In this document: piece after piece, positions 48,716 through 62,105 of the stretch
Position numbering within the stretch: position 1 is the first letter of the stretch
Layout: every line of letters starts with the position of its first letter
Assembly: GCA_964187785.1 (NCBI GenBank)
Contig: OZ076409.1
Location: 61,444,001-61,508,000, forward strand
Origin: Amphiscolops sp. MND2022
Taxonomy: Eukaryota
DNA: 64,000 bases
Direction: 5' to 3'
The notes under the pieces: generated by a model
Told to the model about the DNA's origin: nothing
Seen by the model: the letters and a program-made list of their open reading frames with translations, nothing else
The model's database searches: none
Position numbers and translations under genes: made by a program

Positions 48716-50317
48716 GTACTCTGTTGGCCAGCTGATACTTAGAAAAACTTGATTTTGGGGTGTCTCGGAAGCAAACTGAATGCCGCAATATAGCTTGTGA
48801 TAGATACTTCGAAGTTGCTAGCTATGATTGGTTGAATTCTGCCCCAGTACTCACTAGACAACCCCCAGGATTCCCGGTATTAATAGGGGTTTCTCCAGGG
48901 AAACTGGCCCAGGTCTGTCTAGAAATCCGTTGTTCATTAAAAAATTGAAATTCAACCAGCGTTACATTGGAATTTGTTGGAACTATAAACGTTTTATAAA
49001 CGTTATTTCAAACCATACCTAATATTTCAAACCCTACCAACTTCATCGTTTTGAAAACGTGCGAGGGTGGTTACCGAGCCCTGAAAATCAGTGAAGCTAT
49101 TCAAAAAATATCTCGCTATGATTGAAATGGTTATCATTTCGAGCCATCATTCAAACGTAAAATTACCATAAATGTCCGTCATGTATCTGAGTTTCGAAAT
49201 TTTTAGTTCTGTACCTGCTCTCGAATCCGAATCAATAGGATCAGAAAAATATCCTTTTGGTTGAAGCACCTTGTAGAAAACAGTGCGTTTGAAATGCACC
49301 AACGTAATGTTCTATCTTTCCAAAATTAAATAGAATAATGTTGTTTTGATATAATGTTTAATAGCAAAATTTTTCCTGTGCACTCTATGAAAGTCGAATA
49401 TACCGAGTTCGGGTTTTAATGATCGGTTCTATTTCTCTTTTTTTTTCCAAATAAAGCTAAGAAGTTTTTGAATTGTTTCTTCTATTAGAACTAAACTGAT
49501 TCCTTACTGCGAACTCTCTCTGCTTGTTGGTTTTTTTCATTTTGGAAAAACATCATCGTTTTGCTTCTAATATGAACCAGTCTTTTTGCAGAAAAGTTTG
49601 ATTTCATGGTTTGAAGAATTTCCAACTCCTTAGCGATGATAGAAAATGAATAAAAATGTATTCATATCTTTAAAATCAATTTTTTAGAGAAACTCACTTG
49701 AAGATAGCGTGGATTACTAATCGTTTTGGGTGACTAAACGTTTTTTTTTCACTGAAGATTTCATTTTTCTGTCTGCAGTTGTTATTTGAATTAGAACAAC
49801 ATTCGAAAGTATTTTGACTGTTTCTTTTGGCTCAATTTATGGTATTTCGTTTTTCATTTCGTTGACTTACCCGTTATTTCAATCTCTTCACTGTCCATTT
49901 CAGCTCGAAAATATTGGTTACTTTGCCAACAGTGATAATTGAATTTCATCTCGAATCGCATTTATGCAAAAGTCTAAACGGAGGAAACTCTTGGAACAAC
50001 TTTTGAGCAACAAATAAGTTTAGGACAAAAAACCATTTTTGTTTGGTTTTCGGGAATCGAAGATAATTGAATCAACTCCTTGCAAGTTCGTTAGAGGAAC
50101 GGGTAGCTGACGTCACACAAAATGCATGGCACTAATTGCAGCAATTGTTATGATAGTGAGTGATATCTTTCCTTCCTGCTGGCTGTTTCGCTTCGATCCA
50201 GTGATGAACGATGACTCAGGATCACGAGAGGTTGTAAACACAGTTGGATATTTTGCGTCTGAAAGTCAGTGAAGTTCGATTAAATTACAAGGAAGATTTT
50301 GAGTGCAAGCGTATTTG

Positions 50318-50754
50318 AAACAAGCCGGGAACGGCCAAAGTCGGCGCTTTATCTATAGCTCAAAAAGCGCAAAGTTTTGAAAATTGTAAAAGGGGGCCCT
50401 TTAAGCTTTTTGAAACTCCAGTTTGTTGCAAAATATGAAAACAATTGAAGGGGGGACCCTTTAGAGACATTGAAAAACTTTAGAAAAAAAGGAGCTTGAT
50501 TATTTTGAACAGTGTCACAGCGCCGAAAAAAAATCTAAGTTGAAAACACCAAGATAGGCAAAGTGGCTCCTTAGTATGTTTTCCAGGTTCTGGACGTCGG
50601 TTTTGTTTTGGACGAGGTTCTGACGTATCCCGTATGTTTTGGGCATCCGTAGTTCAAGTTGAACAAATGAACAAAAAAGTGGACCTCACGCGTCGAAAAA
50701 AACTACCCACTGTGGGAGTTGGGCACTTTTCTTCAAAAGCGCCGACTAAAAAAA
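50318..50754 (-). mobile_element. Helentron/HINE-like element
   Basis: AAACAAGCCGGGAACGGCCAAAGTCGGCGC ... AAAAGCGCCGACTAAAA. Confidence 0.75.
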
Positions 50755-51041
50755 GTTGAGCAAATGGCTGGTCATCAATTTCACAGAAAAAAACAATTTC
50801 GAAGCGTTTTTTGTGTGCTCATTTGTCGAGAGGCAATCTTTTATCGATTTTGAAAAAGTTTTTACTTTCAAAGTTTGAAAAATCAAAAAATGTCTTCTGA
50901 AAATTCCAGCAACTGATTGAGCATTCCACTTAAACATTGACAAAATCTTTAATTTTAAGTTTTCCAGAGGCCTTAGCATCAATCCTCTTTTCAGCTATAA
51001 CCATTCTGAGACAGTGCACACTGCTGTGACATGAATGACAG

Positions 51042-51523
51042 ACAAGGCGGGGACGTCTAAAGTCGGCGCCATATCTAAGGCTCAAAAAGCGCAGATTTCA
51101 AATATGCGTAGAACGTTTTCATGAGAAACTCCTGTTTTCGGACCTCCGCCTTCTCCTTACAAAAACGCAAAACTGTTCGGATATAGAGCTTTACTCCGGA
51201 CATTACGAGCGTGGACTCAATAAAATCGATGGGGGACAAATATTTGAAGACAAATAATTTTTTTCGAAAAAAATCTCAGCGCCGAAACAAAATGAAATCG
51301 GGAACACTTTAGTCTCATCCGGTTTTGTTTGTTACGGTAAAAACGTAGAAACTGAAAGGAAATGGGTTCTTTTGTGGTAGCTTGAAAGCGTTTCCCAGGT
51401 ATTCGTGTAGTTGAACAAACTGAATAAAAAATTTGTCGCAAAGAGTCTGTCTTTAAAAAAAAGAGAAAAACGAGTGACTGTAATATTCGGGCTCTTTTAA
51501 TAATAAAAGCGTCGAATAAAAAA
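51042..51523 (-). mobile_element. Helentron/HINE-like element, diverged
   Basis: ACAAGGCGGGGACGTCTAAAGTCGGCGCC ... AAAAGCGTCGAATAAAA. Confidence 0.65.
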
Positions 51524-52519
51524 GACTGATAATCTGAAAAAAATTGTCAAAGACTTTTCTTTAGCAGTAGCAGAAGCAGCAAAAATCGTGATTCTTTGCA
51601 GAACTTCCTGAATACCAGTCAGGAAAACTAGTCAAGGATACGTACGTTGAAAAACCAAAATTACAATCATTGAAAATCATGATCGCTATGATCGATGTTT
51701 TGATGAAGAAAAATCCTAAATGTTACAGTAGCGACATAAGAATCACACATGGGCTTTTGAACATGCTGAGTATTTTCTTATTGGCTTTTGAACAGATGAA
51801 AAATCAATGTGTTCCGTAGTTGAAACTGCTTGAAACTTTTGCATGATTTTATAAGCTGCTAAGTACTTTCAGCATGAGTTTAGGAGTTTCAGAGAAAAAC
51901 ATTAGTGCTAAATAATTTCCCTGACGCAATGATATTTCTTCTGGTTTTCATTAGGATTCCTATACAATTTTGCCGATTTTCAGAGCAGCATCAAGGAAAC
52001 TGAAGAAAAAATACCGCGAAAGTTTCCATGTTTTCGCGGGCAAAACCTCAAATTGACGTAGCTGAGGCTACAATATGGCAAATTTTTTTTACGTATGTCA
52101 GTGTGGCGAATACATTCGTACTTTTGGAAGTTTTTTTCTAACAAATATTTTTTGCCTGAAAACTGTTGAAAAACCGCAATTACTAGATCTTTTTGATTTG
52201 GGCAAAACAAAAAACCGTTATTCAAGAAGTTCCTAGAGATTGTTTTGGGAACTACTTTGACAGCGGAATATCAGAATCAGCTGTTCTGATTGAGTGAGAT
52301 TTCAACCTTTTTCGTTTTTTTATGGTTTCTTTTTGCAAAAAGAAAAATATTGCGTGTTTGATGTCAAAAACGTCAAAAACGTTTTTTCAAAAATTGAATG
52401 AATGAAATTTGTTGAAAAATTTTGGGTTCATTTCCGATTAGTAGAAAAACGTCTAAAATTACTTTATTTTGATTTCATCAATTATTCATCAATTTTTCTT
52501 CAATTTTGGTTGTTATTCG

Positions 52520-53170
52520 AGTGTTAAGGCGTATCTTTGCATGTTCTAGTCTTTATTTCATTGCTTGGACCTTTTTTTCGTTAATTTAGTCCTTATTGCG
52601 GTAAAATCATTAGTAGTGGAATAACGCCTAAGTTCATGATATGTTTGAAAAGAGGGACTAAATGTAGTGTACGCATAAATTTTAGCTGTTATTCCAGTGT
52701 CTAGACGTATCTTCATCAATTCTAGTCGTTATTCTAGTGTTTGGACCTGTTTGTTTGAATAATAGTCCTTATTCTGGTAAAACCACTATAGTTGAGGAAC
52801 CACTAAATCACTCTATTTTAGTGAAATAAAGCCTAGATGTACTGAACGCATTGTTTTTAGCTCTTATTCTAGCGTTTAGACGTGTCTTGATCACTTCTAG
52901 TCGTTATTCCATTGTTTGGACCTTTTTTCTTTATTTCTAGTCCTATTCCGGTAAAATTACAATAGTGGTAGAACAACGCCTAAAAGCCTGTTTATTTAGT
53001 ACAATGAGGCCTAAATAAACTAAACAAATGAATTTTAGCTCTTATTCCAATGTTTGGACGTATTTTCATCAACTTGAAATTGAATTCTTGTTGTAATTCC
53101 GGTGTTTGAACTTTTTTCCTAATTTTATGTCCTTTTTCAGGTAAAATCACAATTATGATGGAGTAACACC
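52520..53170. repeat. Degenerate repeat with ~180-bp higher-order period
   Basis: TTTAGCT.TTATTC at ~52680, 52857 and 53034; GGACC and GGTAAAA blocks recur in register. Confidence 0.65.
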
Positions 53171-54420
53171 AAAATCGATTCTGACTCGGGCATATGAAGC
53201 TAGAAATCCGTCATACAAAATTTCATGTTTAATTGCGAGTCCTTCAAAATATTTCAGGTGAATGATGGGCCATTATGTTCACCACTGCATGTTTCAGAAG
53301 GTTTCGCCAGTGGTACCAGGGAACTTTGCTATCTGGTGTAGTGTCAGTTTTTGACTCGTTGGATCTCCTTTTCTTGGCTTGCAGCCTATCATGTTTTTTT
53401 CAACCTAGGTAATATTCTTCTCCATACACTGCTGCTTTTTAAAAGGGTTTCTTGTTTTTCGCCACTTTGTGTCTTAAAAAAATGTAGCTTTAGGTTTTTC
53501 CAAAATGGTTTTGAGGAAAACACGCATAAAAAAGATTTCCGATGAATTTCAACATGGTTTTTTGGTATCTAGTCTAATAGGTCTCCGTGAATTAAGTGAT
53601 GGTGTAGTCCTAAAGCCCATTTTGCAGTTTTCCGTAGAGATTTCTTCGAGCCATCATTGGTTTCATACATCGGACATAATAAAGTAGAAAACTGTAAAAA
53701 AATGTTCTGTAAAAACTGTAAAAACACTATTTGGGTTTTTGGGTTTGGTTACTGGAGTTTGAAACTTACAAATGTGAGATCAACGCTTGGGTTAAGAAAT
53801 GAAAAAATATGACGCTAAACAGATTGTAAGAAAACTGCGCATAGCTGCCATGAATTAGTTGTCAATATCAGGAAACCTTCGAACAATAGTCTTGTTCTCG
53901 AATCCTCGACATCCAAAAACCATTAGCTGTTTTTATAGCCGTAACTATCATTGCAGAAAGCTGCTTCAATCCGATATAAATTATCAGATATTTAACATTT
54001 TTCAAGAGCATAGAAGCAGCTTCCTGCAATGATTGTTCCAAACATAAAAGCAGCTACCTAGTTGAAAGTGCTCGAAAGTCTTACATGCTTTTATAGGTTG
54101 CAAGGCTGATTTATCAGGTTTTTGAAGCTGCTTAATTAAATGTTCATGCTCAAAAATTTCATGCTGCGTCTCTAATTCTGCGGGTATTTATTAGGACTTC
54201 TTTACAATTTGGCTGGAGTACCATCAAGCAAATTAAACCCAAATTACCTGCGAAATTCTGTAGGTTTTTGAGAGCAATGCCTTGATTTTTGTCAGCACAG
54301 ACGCTACAATATGAGTAGTATGAGTAGCTAAACAAGTAGTATACGAGTTCGTATAACTGGAATTCATTTTGGCGGAAGATTTTTTGCTTGGAAACTGTTG
54401 AAAAACGCAATATTTGGTGA

Positions 54421-54890
54421 GGCAACGATTGAGTCCCAAAACAAATTGAGTCCCAAAACAAATTGAGTCCCAAAACAAATTGAGTCCCAAATGCAAAAAG
54501 CGTCAATTGAGTCCCGCGACAATTGAGTCCCAAACAAATTATTTTGACGAACTTACCAAATGCCGACAGTTGAGTCCCAAATGTAAATAGCGACAATTGA
54601 AAAGGTTGCATATTTGTTGTATGGCTCGGTCGCTTCACTCCCTTCGCCAAGTAGCAACATTGAGGCATGGTCATATGGCACGTCGCTCCGCTTCGCTTCG
54701 CTCTTGCATTTAGGGCACTAGGGGTATGTGAACATATCTGACTACGTTATAATAATATTTCATTTCTGAATTATTTGGGACTCAATTGTCGCGGGACTCA
54801 ATTGTCGACCCCCTAAATTTAATTTATTTTGGGACTCAATTTGTTTTGGGACTCAATTGTCGCTTTTTGCATTTGGGACTCAATCGTCCA
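54421..54890. mobile_element. Foldback MITE with inverted arrays of AATTGAGTCCCAAA; nested Helitron-like end
   Basis: Left arm ATTGAGTCCC repeats, right arm GGGACTCAAT repeats; internal segment ending CTTCGCTTCGCTC..GGGCACTAG at 54721. Confidence 0.75.
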
Positions 54891-55542
54891 TTTCCCCAAT
54901 GTTTATATATGTTTTCAGAATCCGAAAATCAAAAACATTTTCGTATTGGAAGTTGTAAACGGTTTTTAAAAGAAAAGATTTTGACAGTGGAATATCAAAA
55001 TCAGCTGTTTTAATATATTGAAATTTCAAACTTTTTTCAGCCACGAAATCCGTTGAAAAAGTCTGAAATACTGAAAAACAATTAGTATAGGCTTTTGGAT
55101 TTAAATTGCTTGCGAGTCGTTAATTGCTTGCGAGTCATGAAAAACATCAATTTCTTTTAAAATTCGAATTCGGAACAATCAGTTAAGTTTCTAAAGTTCC
55201 TGAGTTCATTTCTGATCGTCATTATAAAACGCAGTCAATACCGCTAAATTTGGAGCCAAATAATTCGTATTTTCGTTTAATTCGTATATTATCTGTCACC
55301 CGATTTAACGGATTTAACCCCGGAATAAGGACAGGACAGGAATAAGATATCAAGGGAATACGATCTGAAATCACTAAATTTTAGATCTTATTCCCCTGTC
55401 TTAAGAATCAGATCCAAATGGAATAAGATCTAAATTTTTACAGCTATTATAATGATTCTTGAATGTTGAGGACTCCAGAACAAAACTATTTTCCTACCTT
55501 CGCATTTACATTCAACAAAATCACAGAAGTGAATTATCTTAC

Positions 55543-55734
55543 CGTAACCGTAAGCATTAACTTCTATTAGCTGCATTTGGCACTCGACTCGTTTCGTGAG
55601 CAGTAGTTCGTTTCCTATGAGCTGGCAGTTAACATAGGACCATTCGCCGGGTGCTGATTGTGGAATTGGGTCGCATTCATCGCAGTAAACTCCGTAGTAA
55701 CATACTTCCAATTTGTAGTAGTCGTTACGCGTAT
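55543..55734 (-). CDS. Putative host exon, C-terminal half of an F5/8C/fucolectin-like module
   Basis: AG/GTAAG boundaries, 192 nt, phase 1-1; CDECDPIP..GEWSYVNC..GNELLLTK..MQLIEVNAYG; paralogous to 61917-62105. Confidence 0.6.
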
Positions 55735-55926
55735 CTTAAATGGTACTTTTCACTCAGACATGAAATCTAAACAGTCTTGATAACTTTATGGTACTTATAG
55801 CTGAAGCACATTTGGAAGATCTTTGACTAGTCTTTGAAATCAGCGAATTTTTTGAATCTATCTTCGATGTTGAGTTTTGCAGCAAGCACGATGCACACTG
55901 AATGTTTTACATAATTTTTTATTGAT

Positions 55927-56080
55927 AAAGACCTGACTATCACTGGTAATAGTGTTGCTCCAGCCTTGCTATGAAATGCATTTTGTATTTTGGTCCATAG
56001 CATATGCTATGGACCAAAATATAAAATGCATTTCATAGCAAGGCTGGAGCAACACTATTACCAGTGATAGTCAGGTCTTT
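55927..56080. repeat. Spacerless palindrome with 77-bp arms
   Basis: Centre CAT|ATG at 56003/56004; one mismatch (55985). Confidence 0.95.
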
Positions 56081-57129
56081 GTATCATATATATGATCATA
56101 TAGGTCTTTGATCATATATATGAATATTCATATATATGATACATAACGAAGGGTCTGGTATTGACTTTCGTATAAATTTGTTCGTATCTATGAAAGACCA
56201 GCGAGTAAATCATTGAGTGAATCATTTTTTTGGGATTTTCAAAAAGTTTTTGAAAATTGTTCTTTGAGACATTTTCAGATGAAGCAAAGCACGTGTCTTT
56301 ATGTTTTATGATGAAAAAAGCCCCTCAGAAGGTGTCAGAAAAAAGACAAGTCAGTAAAATACAAAAGAAGCATTTTATAAGAGACACTATTTTTGTTACT
56401 GTCTGACCGAACGAAATCCATACATTCAACTATAGATAGATACATGATACCAGCATGAAAACTCTAGTAACTAAAAACAGGAGCGACACGAAGCGAAGCA
56501 AAGTGGCATCCCTAGTTGAACACTAGCAGCAATCATGTTATGCATCATGTTATCATATTTGTTATGTAGCTTTCATGCTGTCAAAACGAATGGTGGTTGT
56601 TGTAGCCAACACGTTTTCGTCGTTCTCTTCCCGAGATGACTGGGGTCGAATCTTTAACTAAACTCGCCAGTTCACCATTTTAACGGTTCATATCGTTAAA
56701 TCGTCTTTCGAGACTAACTTTTTCATGTTAACTCTCTTGCAGGTGGAAGTACTTAGTGTCAATATCGTTGTTTCGTCAATCCAGCGAGATGTTAGGAAAA
56801 TTATCCATATCATCGTCGTGGTAATCACTCATTTTATTCTACTTCTGCTTTAGGTGACGGAATTGCTTAGTAGTAACAATGTTGAATTCAGGTGTTAATT
56901 CAGGAAAAACCGTAAATTGGTTCTACAAATATTAGCAATGATGGTAGCAACTTGCAGTCGTGATTGTACAATTTTTTGTTAGTTGGTTTCGTTCCCACAG
57001 GTTTTAACAAAGCTTGGTTTGATTGTGCGTCTCGTCTCGTGACTGCGTCGTTCAAACATATTCTGTTGCTTAATTGGTGCGAAATTTCGCCATTAGTGGA
57101 GCAGACGCTAATCATTATTTACTTTTTGA

Positions 57130-57339
57130 TGGTGACTTTTCAATTTGCAGAACGTTCATCTCTTAGAAAAAATTCAAGATATTTAAAACGTCGAAAGAAT
57201 TCCATATCAGGGATAATTTTCATATTGGTTGTATTACTCGGCCTTCCTTCTTCCGCCGTAGGCTTTCTTCAAAACCAGCAGCTGGTCAAGTAATGGCACG
57301 TCGCAAAACTTCGCTTCGCTCCTGCATTTAGGGAACTAG
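57130..57339 (+). mobile_element. Helitron-like 3' end
   Basis: Ends CTTCGCTTCGCTCCTGCATTTAGGGAACTAG; inverted copy at 57761-57892 plus ~58996-59078. Confidence 0.55.
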
Positions 57340-57892
57340 GGCAAAACGACATTCAAAATTCCGGAACTAATCGGATGAAAGATTAAAATTTCTAAATAGA
57401 CATTCAAAAATCCCAAATCGACATTCAATTTTAGTAACCCCTCAGCAGATCACTGCTCGCATTCCGCTGGTAATTAAGATTGAAAGTTTATGCTGCTATG
57501 CGAACCAACATTTTCAATATTTCTGCCTCGCTAGTAGCCTGATAGTAGCGTATGCTGATTTTGAATGTCAATTTTGTTGAAATAGAATGTCTAATTTTTG
57601 GAATTAGCCATTTGGAATAAGATTGATAAAACAGACTGATTTTAGAAAACAAATAGGAATGTCGTTTTGCGAATTTTCAACGTCCTACAGTGTAGTACAT
57701 GTAAACAAAATATCGTCAATCGAACATTACGATAACGTAGTCAGCTATGGTAACAAACATCTAGTACCCTAAATGCAGGAGCGAAGCGAAGTTGCGCGAC
57801 GTGCCATTACTTGACCAGCTGCTGGTTTTGAAGAAAGCCGACGGTGGAAGAAGGAAGGCCGATTAATACAACCAATATGAAAATTATGCCTG

Positions 57893-58966
57893 CCCTTGTG
57901 GAACATGCTTGAACTTTTTACATGTACTTTAATGTTGCCAACAACTTTTTAAATGATTTTCTAAATATCTTACGGAAACTTTAATGCGTTAATATTTCCC
58001 TGCTGTCACCAACTTTTATCAAGCTACCTTAAAGAATCATCAAAATTTTGGCGACAATTTCAAGCCGTGAAGTTTTGCAAGTTTCAATATGAGTCAGTCA
58101 GTTCTAATTTCAAATGCAGTTGAGACGTCAATAATTTTGCCGCCACTTTAATGCAAATTAACATCATTCACAATGTGAACAGCAAACTAGCGTGATCTTC
58201 AGCGTCTTATTTGAGAAGTGGTGATTAAGTCAGATGAGTATTTGAGAAATCAATGTGTAAATCCAACGTGATCGTGTCCGTAAAAGAATAGGGAAGTACT
58301 TTCAAATTTAATTGCAGTAGTGGAAAATGCAGTTTAATTCTACAAGATTTACCACCGGAACCTCACCAAATTTTCTAGGTTTTATACAAATATTACCCTG
58401 CATGCAGGCCTGCTGCATCCCTTGTTGAACATGCTTGAACTTTTTACATGTACTTTAATGTTGCCAGCAACTTTTGTTATGATAATCTAAATATCTTACG
58501 GAAACTTTAATGCGTTAATATTTTCCTGTTGTCACCAACTTTTATCAAGCTGCTTTAAAGAATCATCAAAGTTTTGGCGGCAATTTCAAGCCGTGAAGTT
58601 CTGCAAATTTCAATATGCATCAGTTCTAATTTTAAATGCAGCTGAGACCTCAACAAATTTGCCGCCATTTTAATGCAAATTAACTTCATTCACAATGTAA
58701 ACAGCAAACTAGCGTCATCTTCAGCGTCCTATTTGAGACGCGGTGATTAAATCAAATGAGTAATTGAGAAATCAATGTGTGAATACAACGTGATCGTGTC
58801 CGTAAAAGAAGGGGGAAATATTTTCAAATTTAATTGCAGTAATGGAAATGCAGTGTAATTCTACACGATTTACCACCGGAACCTTACTGAATTTTCTAGG
58901 TTTTATAAAAAATTACCCTGCATGCAGGCCTGCAGCATGTAAAAAGTTCCAGCAGTCTCAACTAGG
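57893..58966. repeat. ~525-bp tandem duplication (units from 57893 and 58418) of a MITE-like insert
   Basis: Both units start CCCTTGT.GAACATGC; right end TCAACTAGGG is an approximate TIR. Confidence 0.8.
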
Positions 58967-59372
58967 GATGTAAAAAGTGCCAGGAGTCTCAACTAGGCTG
59001 ATATGGAAATTTTTCGACGTTTTAAATGTCTTGAATTTTTTCGACGAGATGAACGTTCTACAAATTGAATAGTCACCAGATTGTAATTAGCTCTCCGCTT
59101 GTGCCGTTTTAATTTTAGTGGAATTGAAATGGCTCATTGAACGAACTTTAGGTCATGTGACTACGACGCGCAGTATCTGTTCCCCCCTTTTTGACATTTG
59201 CAGACTAATTGAACTCTAAAAGTTTCAGCTCTCCAAAGTGTACATGTCAAAAGATAATCACAAATCCGTGGTCTAAAATCTAATCCAGTCTTACTGCTTA
59301 TGTCGGAACTTATTCTGTGCAGATTGTCGATTTTCATCGCACGTATCAAAACACTAAGGACATCTTTGACAG

Positions 59373-59615
59373 GGTGGCAGGACAAAATAACCAAAGTCAA
59401 AATAACCAAGGTCAAAATAGCCAATGCCAAAATATCCAATATGCCAAAATAGACAATGCCAAAATAGCCAAGACCAAAATAGCCAATGCCATATAGACCA
59501 ATACCAAAACAGTCAAAGTGACACTATAACATTGGCTATTTTGTCACGTTGGATATTTTGGCATTGGCTATTATGGCATTGGTTATTATGACTTAGGATA
59601 TTCTGACATGTAACC
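59373..59615. mobile_element. MULE-like foldback MITE
   Basis: 9-bp TSD CTTTGACAG (59364-59372, 59616-59624); inverted arrays CCAAAATAGCCAATG / CATTGGCTATT. Confidence 0.82.
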
Positions 59616-60294
59616 CTTTGACAGGGCAATCAGTAGATAGTAATGACTTGTAAGATAAATAAAAACCTAATCAAATTTGTTTTCAAATGGTGCGCAAACC
59701 AAATAATACATAGAAAATTGTTAAAAGCTATTATCTGCGATAATTGTCAGAGAATTTTTCAAACAAACACGAACGTAAAACAAGCTAAGTATCAAGAATT
59801 GTCCAGCAGAGAATAAATAATTTCAGTGATATGAGCAGAACTATTGAGTGTTCCGAACAATAATATCGATGAGAGGTTTCCTCATTCGTTTACATCCCGG
59901 AATGCCCAGTCATACAACCATTATTAACCCTGAATTGCGAATAAAAATGCGCAATGATTAACTTTGATTATTTTTGTCTCATTCTGTCATGTCGAAGAGA
60001 GTTTAAGCATCGCTGATCAGGTCTTTTATTTGTCCTCTGTGGTATTTTCACCAATCTTTATTTCAAGTCTATGGTAGGTAGTTATTTTCCAATATTTTGA
60101 CGTGTAGCACATGATATAATTTCAAATACTTTGTTTTTTGAGCCTTAGCGGAACACCTCTTTGAGCTTATTTTATTTGTTTGCCTCAAAAAGCACACTTA
60201 TTAAGCGTTTTAGTGTTTTTTGAAATATTAATGTGAGATTAACCTTCAATTAAATCCACCTATCATGTAATGCATATTCAATCGTTTTACTAAC

Positions 60295-60498
60295 GTCCAT
60301 CAGAAGCGGTGAAAATCTTGACGAAGGATACATTCTTTGTGGAGTGCAACTCCAATTGGACCCAACCGTCGGAGCTGTTGGAGCAGTCTGCGTACCCTTC
60401 CGGCTCAAATGTATACGGCGTTTTTCCGTTTTTAATGTTCCGATCTGAGCCAACACATGTCGTCTCGGAAGTAGCTTTGTATATCGGAATCGATGGTG
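60295..60498 (-). CDS. Putative host exon, N-terminal half of an F5/8C/fucolectin-like module
   Basis: TTTTTTCAAG acceptor, GTTAGT donor, 204 nt, phase 1-1; CSNSSDGWVQLELHSTKNVSFVKIF. Confidence 0.55.
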
Positions 60499-60864
60499 CT
60501 TGAAAAAAATAGTAAGTTAGATGTATTGCTGACACTATGCGCAAAATTAGGTTGCAAAATATTTTTCCTATAAAACCATATGGTTTCATTCAAAAACTGC
60601 AAGCCACTTCGAAAAATTCAATGGTACAAAATTTACTCGACCCAATGATTCCATGTTTGTAATCTCTTGTGAATTCAAATCCTGGTGGTGAAGAATCATG
60701 TGGTATGAGAGGTTAGGTGTTCTTCGATTAACCTTCCAACCGATTCCATTACCGTTCTCCAAAAAGGCCGACCTTTGCTTAAAATGGCAAACTTAAAATC
60801 CAGCTGTTTTGAAAAGTGTCACAAAAGTTTATTAGTCAGTAAATATTTCCTAGTTTACAAAAAA

Positions 60865-61482
60865 CGATTACCAGAAAACTCAACACATGAAAACTCAACA
60901 CAAGAAAACTCAACACAAGAAAACTCAACACAGAAAACTCAACATATTCTGAGCATTTGTTAATCGTGATATATATCATGCATCTATATTCCTTGTTCGT
61001 ACTGCTCATAATTTATGCATTTGACAGAATTTTCCTAGAATATTTGTGTTTGCGTTTAAACTTTTTGTATCGTTTTGTTTTATGGTTTGGGCCAATGTAA
61101 ACGTTTCAACGTGAAAAACAGTCGCAATATAGGAAAAAGTCGCAATCATGACTAGGTGTAAAGGAAATTATACGTCTTTATATGTCTTTGAAATGAGTCG
61201 CAACTGTGACTAAGTGTAAAGGGAAATAATCCGCATTTAACAATTAGTTAGATTTCGGAAAATAAGCTCAATTGAGGTGTTAACTAAAATTAATTAAATG
61301 TGTTGAAATGTATTGAGTTTTTGTGTTGAGTTTTCTCGTGTTGAGTTTTCTGTTTTTTACTTTGTGTTGAGTTTTCTGTGTTGAGTTTTCTTGTGTTGAG
61401 TTTTCTGTTTTTTACTTTGTGTTAAGTTTTCTGTGTTGAGTTTTCTTGTGTTGAGTTTTCTTGTGTTGAGTTTTCCGTACCC
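60865..61482. mobile_element. Foldback MITE with inverted AAAACTCAACA arrays
   Basis: Left GAAAACTCAACA repeats, right TGTTGAGTTTTC repeats; imperfect A-rich flanking repeat. Confidence 0.75.
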
Positions 61483-61916
61483 CACAAAAACTCCCAAAAA
61501 TTTCTACGACCCATATTTGGAAAGTTTTTGGAACGTTTTAACTAAATTTCTAAATCAACTAAATCGACTGCAATCGCCAGAGATTAAGGTCGAGATTTGA
61601 TCAACAGTGAGCGTGTCTTTTTGATGTAAGGGCGAACTCAAATACACGGAAAAATTTTCCGGGTCCGTTCTATCCCGTGCTTGTTTTTTGATCCCTTTAT
61701 TTAAAGAAATGTTATAACATGTTTGAACGGTTTCTCAATACTTAATTACCTCCACTGAAACATGAACGACTAGTATATGATGTGGCTAGAATTTTAGTGT
61801 ATCCATTGTGGCAATCTTTCTTGAATCAGCGTGTTTTGTGAGAGTGGTTTACATTTTCCTTACGACTTATATTTTTATATAGGTTACTTACGACATTCAC
61901 ATCCTGAAATACTCAC

Positions 61917-62105
61917 TCAAACCGAAGACATCAACCTCGACAAGTTGGAATTGGGTCGGCAATATTTTGCGAATTGTAATTTGATTGGCGACATTACTGC
62001 AATAAACCAGCGACCATTCTCCAGACGGTGCAAACGGCACTCGGTTGCAAGTTTCGCATTCATCTTTCAAACACGTCTCCAGCGCATACCCATTCACAAC
62101 CATGT
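61917..62105 (-). CDS. Putative host exon, C-terminal half of an F5/8C/fucolectin-like module
   Basis: TTTTTAG acceptor, GTGAGT donor, 189 nt, phase 1-1; DECETCNRVP..GEWSLVYC..ANQITIRK..FQLVEVDVFG. Confidence 0.6.

Noticed and set aside
54159..54674. 171-aa ORF
   Set aside because: Built from the GGGACTCAATT repeat array of a MITE
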